Of a DNA stretch of 64,000 nucleotides, positions 59,088 to 64,000 are shown piece after piece. Position 1 is the stretch's first letter. Each line of letters starts with the position of its first letter. The notes under the pieces are model-generated. The model saw nothing but the letters and a program-made list of their open reading frames with translations, had not been told where the DNA came from and ran no database searches. Source of the stretch: an archaeon (GTDB lineage Archaea > Micrarchaeota > Micrarchaeia > Anstonellales > Anstonellaceae); assembly GCA_020056635.1 (NCBI GenBank), contig JAGVHI010000024.1, positions 2,317 to 66,316 on the forward strand, in the 5' to 3' direction. The translations under genes and the position numbers were made by a program.

Positions 59088-59406
59088 AGCCATAGGGAAG
59101 CGCGATTATTTTCGCATCGCGTATTTTGCCAAGCTTCGCTAAGAGCGTGAGGTTCCAGGCAAGGTCGAAATCGTGCAAAGAGTATGATTTTTGGAGCTCA
59201 AGGTCCGAGAGGTGCAGCATTGCGGGTGCCTTGATTCCCTTTGCTGCATCAAGAATCACAAGCTCTTCCCCCTGCTCCTCCAAATCCTCCGCAGTGTCAA
59301 AAGGGACGAATTGGAATTCCGGAAGCTTCTTTGCGAGTTTTTTTGCAACTTTGAGCGCAAGCGAGTCGCCTGCATGCAACGGGTTGCCGAAAACTAGCAC
59401 GCGCAT
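58984..59406 (-). CDS. Hydrogenase maturation protease-like protein
   Basis: VFGNPL..GDS, VILDA..GI, SLHDFDL. Confidence 0.75.
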   Translation of the reverse strand: MRVLVFGNPLHAGDSLALKVAKKLAKKLPEFQFVPFDTAEDLEEQGEELVILDAAKGIKAPAMLHLSDLELQKSYSLHDFDLAWNLTLLAKLGKIRDAKIIALPYGSTASSCEKGALALLLSILPSKSASRSSCKGRKRG

Positions 59407-59459
59407 GAGAGGATTTCTTTAGTGGAATCTATTTAAAGGTTGGATTGGGAGATAGGCGC

Positions 59460-60098
59460 ATGGCAGAAGAGCAGAAGAGGCCTGCAAACGTCCCGTCCAG
59501 CCTGTATGGGAAAGGGGGGGTTAAGGGCACCCCTGCGCGCGAGTATGTTGAAAAGAACGCGAGGCCGTTTTTCCCGATTGGTGGGGAGCTGATTGAAGCG
59601 CAGAAGAGCGAGAGCAAGCTGCCCCTGCTCATTTCAGTACTAGCGCTCCTTGTTGCGGTGATGGCATTGATGGTTTCAATGCAGGGGACGGGGGGAATTG
59701 GAAAAGCCCAATTGTCAGCCATTGCAACGGATTTGGAAAAGATGCAGGGCAAGCAGATGGAAGTGGGTGCGCCAGTCGCATCTACGGTATTCATAGATAA
59801 GGAAATTCCGCTATCGGAAGTGATACCGGATTTTACTGTGCCGGTGGATATTGTGGTGCCGATTCAGGGAACGTATAATGGAATAACGCCAACTGGGACA
59901 ATTAGGGTTACGCTGAATGAAAGCGTCCCGATGAGGCTTAATATACCTGTCAAAAGCAGCCTGTTTGCTACAAAAAATATCCGCATAAATAAGGAGATTC
60001 CGGTAAATGTGTATGCGAGCGCGAGATTCACTGTGCGCGAGCTGTATGGAAAGGAGTTCCAGGACATAATTGACAGGATTAGGAACGCCTCGAAATAG
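59460..60098 (+). CDS. Single-TM hypothetical protein with beta-rich ectodomain
   Basis: One TM followed by V/I-P repeats. Confidence 0.7.
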   Translation: MAEEQKRPANVPSSLYGKGGVKGTPAREYVEKNARPFFPIGGELIEAQKSESKLPLLISVLALLVAVMALMVSMQGTGGIGKAQLSAIATDLEKMQGKQMEVGAPVASTVFIDKEIPLSEVIPDFTVPVDIVVPIQGTYNGITPTGTIRVTLNESVPMRLNIPVKSSLFATKNIRINKEIPVNVYASARFTVRELYGKEFQDIIDRIRNASK

Positions 60099-60720
60099 CG
60101 CCTGAGAGCTTTGCAATCCCCCTGCTCCCATCGAATTTCTTTTCCATTCCGGTTATTTCTATTTTAGATTTGAAGAATGGGGCGTTTGATACGAAAGTTT
60201 CGCCCTCGCCCCCTTCGAAAAATGGGTTTAGCCCAAGGGATTGCAGCTTCTGGACAAATTCCGAATCGAATTTTTTCCCTAAATGCTCCTCGCCCAATCC
60301 TTGCGCTGCAACCGTAGTGATATGGATTTCAAAAAATTCGGTCAGCTCCTGCAAAAGGGCATCGCCCTTGTGCCATAGAGGCGAGATGGTTGGAATTTTG
60401 AGGTTGTAGCCTATTTGGTCTATGCGCTGCTTTTGGTACTCGCTTGCGATTGCGCCGGTGATGATTGCATCGGGCTTGAGAGTTGCAAGCTCGCGCTCAA
60501 GCACTTTGAGCTCTGTTTCATTTGTGACGTTCACCTGCCTGTGCATCAATCCGAGCGCCTGCGCCTGTAAAGAGGTGAGTTCCACGTTCGGGCGGTGGAA
60601 CATCATCGAATCGTCCTGAGGGACAAGAGTGAGCAGCGATACATCCCAGCCCTGGAACAGGGAGAAAAATGTGGCAAAAACCGAATCCTTCCCGCCTGAA
60701 AAAAGTACAATGACGCGCAT
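60079..60720 (-). CDS. dph6: Diphthine--ammonia ligase
   Basis: SGGKDS PP-loop, MFH.PN, GAI.SEYQ..R, PLW, EGGEGET.V. Confidence 0.92.
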   Translation of the reverse strand: MRVIVLFSGGKDSVFATFFSLFQGWDVSLLTLVPQDDSMMFHRPNVELTSLQAQALGLMHRQVNVTNETELKVLERELATLKPDAIITGAIASEYQKQRIDQIGYNLKIPTISPLWHKGDALLQELTEFFEIHITTVAAQGLGEEHLGKKFDSEFVQKLQSLGLNPFFEGGEGETFVSNAPFFKSKIEITGMEKKFDGSRGIAKLSGAISRRS

Positions 60721-60768
60721 GCTATCATTCCTTTGTAACCATGGTTACATCAGCATATTAAAATAAAA

Positions 60769-60975
60769 TGGACTGGATGGGATTTCTGGGTGGCTAAAAC
60801 TCTGAGATAAGAAATATTTCTGGGTGAAAAAACCTGAGCGCGTGGCGCTCGGATATTTTTCATGCTCCCGGTTCTTTTCTTTCCCAGGGCTTTCTTTTCG
60901 CGGAGCGAAAAGAAAGGCCTGAACCCATGGCCTCTTCGTTGCGAACGAAGCGATCTACCGCTGATCTACCAGCCC
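60769..60975 (-). tRNA. tRNA-Ala(CGC) with 135-nt T-loop intron at 56/57 (60786-60920)
   Basis: Acceptor GGGCTGG/CCAGTCC+A; CTTCG-TTCGCAA-CGAAG; T stem ATGGG/CCCAT split by an insert with BHB GGGT-TC|A-GGC / GCC-ACCC-AG|A; splicing restores TTCAAAT. Confidence 0.88.
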
Positions 60976-61030
60976 AATAGAGGTAATTCTGCCTCCGAAG
61001 ACTTTTAAATCGGTGTGGAGTTGTTATACC

Positions 61031-62623
61031 ATGGGAGGAGGAGTGGAGGAAACCCTTTCTGTGCTCGATAAGAGATGGAGGGGCGCTTGCAGGGTGCTGT
61101 TTAAGGAGGAGGTTGGCGGGCTTGCGGAATTCTCTTCTTACCTCTCTGAACTTCCTGAAAAAGTAACGCACCATCAATCGAACATTTCTGGAAAAGATGT
61201 TTCGTGCGCACCAACCGCATATGCAGAAGGTTCAAAATTTATTAGTTTCAATGAGGTTGATTTCAACAGGAAGTTCGAGTCATTGAACATAAATGAAATT
61301 AAGGATATTGATTCGATAGTCGAAGCGTTGGGCGAAAGGGCGGTTTATTCAGGCAATATAGTTTTCGGGAATTCCGGGCACGTTGAGAAAAGCTCGAACA
61401 TAAATGACAGCTTTTACCTTTATGAAGTTGCAAGGTGCGGGAATTCCAAATACATTGCTTACGGCTCGATATTCAGGTATAATGAAGATTGTTTTGGAAG
61501 CAATGTTATAGGGGAATCGGCGTTCTGCATCCGCTGTAACAGGGGTCTTAGGCTCAAGCGCTGCTTCGAGCTCTGGATGGTGCAGAATAGCTCTGATTGC
61601 TATTACTCATCTGGTCTGGATGGATGCAGCGAATGCATGTTTTGCTTCAATGTGAAAAATAAGAGGCATGCCATCGGGAATCTGGCGCTTGAAGCGGCAG
61701 AATACGAAAAAATCAAGAAAAAACTCCTTTCAGAGATGGCAGAAGGCCTTAGGAAGGGGAAAAAACTGCCCTCGCTTCTTGACTTGGTAAAGATGAGTAG
61801 AAAGGAAGAAATACCTGCAATACGGACCAGTTCGAAAATCTTGGAGAAACAAGACAAGGACAGGATTGAAGATGCTTTCTCGCAAACCGCATCTATACTG
61901 TTCGGCAACAGACTTACCGGAGGGATAGATGCTTATTCTGATTGGCTGAGTGGGCATACGAGGCCCATTGGAGAAGGCATTTCTGCGGCAAGCGGCAAAA
62001 GGATACTGATAGCACCATTCGCAAACTTCTCCAAACTTCCAGCAGATAGGATAATGACTGAAGAGGCGTGGGAGCTTGGAGGGAGAACTTCTTTAACAGA
62101 ATCTGAAGTTGGGGAATTGAGCATGAAAAACGCCCACGAGACGATCGGAAAGCTAGCATATTTCAATGTGGATTTGTTTGAAGGAAAAAATTCGAATATG
62201 ATAGACTGCACATATGCTGTCGATTCAGCGGATTGCTACAAAAATTCTAACTCGCTGTATTCCAAATATTGCGGCTATTGCTTCTGGCCCAGGAACAGCC
62301 AATACTTGTTTGGGTGCGATTCCCCATTCGATTCTGCATTCTCAATGCATGCGTATTCCTGTACCCAGCTTACGAGATGCTTTGAGGCAGACTGCTGCGG
62401 CTACTGCTCGGACCTGTATTTCGGGCACAATTGCGAGAACGTGCACGAGAGCATGTTCTGCTTCAATGTGAAGAACAGGAGATACCATATAGGGAATGCC
62501 GAAGTGGAACAGGGGAAATACAAGGAGCTGAAGGCATCGCTTCTAGGGCAGATTCATCAGGAGTTGCAGAAGAAAAAAGGGCTGAAGTGGGACATTTACA
62601 ACATCTGGAGCGCGAAAAAATGA
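61031..62623 (+). CDS. Cys-rich repeat protein, paralog 2
   Basis: Collinear with 47509-49095 (W...CRVLF.EEVG, NEIKDIDS, CFWPR.S, HNCENV..SMFCFNVKN, LKWDI). Confidence 0.85.
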   Translation: MGGGVEETLSVLDKRWRGACRVLFKEEVGGLAEFSSYLSELPEKVTHHQSNISGKDVSCAPTAYAEGSKFISFNEVDFNRKFESLNINEIKDIDSIVEALGERAVYSGNIVFGNSGHVEKSSNINDSFYLYEVARCGNSKYIAYGSIFRYNEDCFGSNVIGESAFCIRCNRGLRLKRCFELWMVQNSSDCYYSSGLDGCSECMFCFNVKNKRHAIGNLALEAAEYEKIKKKLLSEMAEGLRKGKKLPSLLDLVKMSRKEEIPAIRTSSKILEKQDKDRIEDAFSQTASILFGNRLTGGIDAYSDWLSGHTRPIGEGISAASGKRILIAPFANFSKLPADRIMTEEAWELGGRTSLTESEVGELSMKNAHETIGKLAYFNVDLFEGKNSNMIDCTYAVDSADCYKNSNSLYSKYCGYCFWPRNSQYLFGCDSPFDSAFSMHAYSCTQLTRCFEADCCGYCSDLYFGHNCENVHESMFCFNVKNRRYHIGNAEVEQGKYKELKASLLGQIHQELQKKKGLKWDIYNIWSAKK

Positions 62624-64000
62624 GCGAAGCGTATGAGTTGGTGAATAAAGCCTGGAAAAACACTTGCAGGGTTCTTCTGGGAGAGGAAGTTGGCGAGCTT
62701 AAAGATTACGAGAGTTACCTGAAGGAAAATGTCGACCAGATGCTGGTCGGGAAATCTGCGGTTTCAGGCAAGCCACTTTTTCTTTCGAGCACAGAATATG
62801 CAAAGGGATGCAAGTTCGTCTCAATGGAGGAGGTCGGGCAAGGCCAGAAGGCCGCTGCCATTGACATCAATTCAATTAAGGACATTGACAGCATCGTTTC
62901 CGCGCTCAGGGAGCAGTTCTACTACTGCGGGAACGGCATACTCGGCAATTCGAATTTTGTGGAAAACTCGGACAGCTGCGTGAATGTGCAGTATATTTAT
63001 GCCAGCCGCGACCTGCATGACATGAAATATGCGGCTTATTGCTCTGACACGAGCCTGAGCGAGCATATTTTCGGCTCGCAGGTGATACAGGGAAGCTTCC
63101 TGATAAAATGCCTGCGCGCGCTAAAAACAACAAGATGCTTTGAGGTATTCAGGACGCATTATAGCTCCGGGTGCTACTTCACCGGAAATTTGGAGGGCTG
63201 CACTGACTGCATGTTCTCCTTCAACCTTAGGAACAAGGTAAATGTGATTGGGAACCTGCAGCTGACAAAGGAGGAATACCAGAAAAGAAAGAGCGAACTG
63301 ATTTCGCAAATGAAGGAGGAGCTTAGGGAGAAAAGAAGGCTGGCTGGCATAATTGACATCATTGTAGATGTTCCGAAAGGCGCGGTAAAGGGTGCAGTGA
63401 AGAAAAAGCACGTATTTTCTTCGCAGGAGAAAAATGCATTAGATAAGCTTGAGACTGGATTTGGACGAACTTCGCAAGTGCTGTTTGAAAAAGAACTTTC
63501 AGGAATGCAAGAATATGGAGCATGGCTTGAGAGGCATGTGAGCAGCATACCTGTTGCATTTTCAACAATAAGCGGTGAAGAAGTGTTTGTCGGGGGGTGG
63601 GGGTTTCTCAAGAGGATAAAGGATAATACCTGCACGCTTGAGGAATCGCTTGCGCTTGGGAAGAAATCCCTTTCAGAGAAGGAGGCTGCTTCGTTATCGC
63701 TAAAGAATGCTTCAAGAACGCTGGATTCGATAAAATGCGTGAGCGGGGAGGCTGCGATTGGCAATAACATAGGGATAGTGATGTGCAATTCCTCAACAGA
63801 TGCAGAATACTGCTTTCGGGGAACAAATTGCACATACAGCCGGTACTGTGCTTATTGCCTATGGCCCAAGCAATCGCAGCACCTGTATGGGTGCTCACGG
63901 GCATTCGATTGCAGCTTCTGCATCCATTGCTACGATTCGGAAAAGCTCACGCGGTGCTTTGAGGTGAGCAACTCGAACTCATGTGCCGACTGCTACTTCT
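62620..64000 (+). CDS. Cys-rich repeat protein, paralog 3 (runs off the window)
   Basis: ATGA overlap with paralog 2; MSEAYELVNKAWKNTCRVLLGEEVGEL..., IKDIDS, CMFSFNL.NK...IGN, YCAYCLWP; frame appears open to the window end. Confidence 0.82.
   Translation, partial: MSEAYELVNKAWKNTCRVLLGEEVGELKDYESYLKENVDQMLVGKSAVSGKPLFLSSTEYAKGCKFVSMEEVGQGQKAAAIDINSIKDIDSIVSALREQFYYCGNGILGNSNFVENSDSCVNVQYIYASRDLHDMKYAAYCSDTSLSEHIFGSQVIQGSFLIKCLRALKTTRCFEVFRTHYSSGCYFTGNLEGCTDCMFSFNLRNKVNVIGNLQLTKEEYQKRKSELISQMKEELREKRRLAGIIDIIVDVPKGAVKGAVKKKHVFSSQEKNALDKLETGFGRTSQVLFEKELSGMQEYGAWLERHVSSIPVAFSTISGEEVFVGGWGFLKRIKDNTCTLEESLALGKKSLSEKEAASLSLKNASRTLDSIKCVSGEAAIGNNIGIVMCNSSTDAEYCFRGTNCTYSRYCAYCLWPKQSQHLYGCSRAFDCSFCIHCYDSEKLTRCFEVSNSNSCADCYF

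Overview
Gene-dense chromosomal window from an archaeon, shown by Csl4, RpoL, PCNA, EF-1alpha, L40e, TATA-type promoters and tRNA introns with bulge-helix-bulge (BHB) motifs. The mix of bacterial-type metabolic enzymes, non-canonical tRNA introns and orphan genes suggests a DPANN lineage such as Micrarchaeota (inference only). About 70 CDS cover information processing, riboflavin, class II RNR, isoprenoid/lipid and sugar-nucleotide metabolism, metal transport and a minimal group-3b-like [NiFe]-hydrogenase. There are six tRNAs: Pro, Tyr, Asp, Thr, Ser and Ala. Main observation: five of the six tRNA loci carry a related 80-160 nt structured element made of a pyrimidine tract, its complementary purine tract and a MIRROR copy of that purine tract, with all three tracts co-varying between copies (a triplex signature). 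It sits as a BHB-bounded intron at different tRNA positions (Tyr 58/59, Ala 56/57, Asp 37/38, probably Thr 11/12) or directly 3' of tRNA-Pro, which looks like a mobile, triplex-forming tRNA intron family. Other notable items are a stand-alone bacterial RNA polymerase alpha-CTD in a radical-SAM operon, a degenerate RelA/SpoT-type HD hydrolase, three paralogous Cys-rich repeat proteins, and candidate NrdR-, ArsR- and NikR-type operators. All calls come from reading the sequence by eye; no searches were run.
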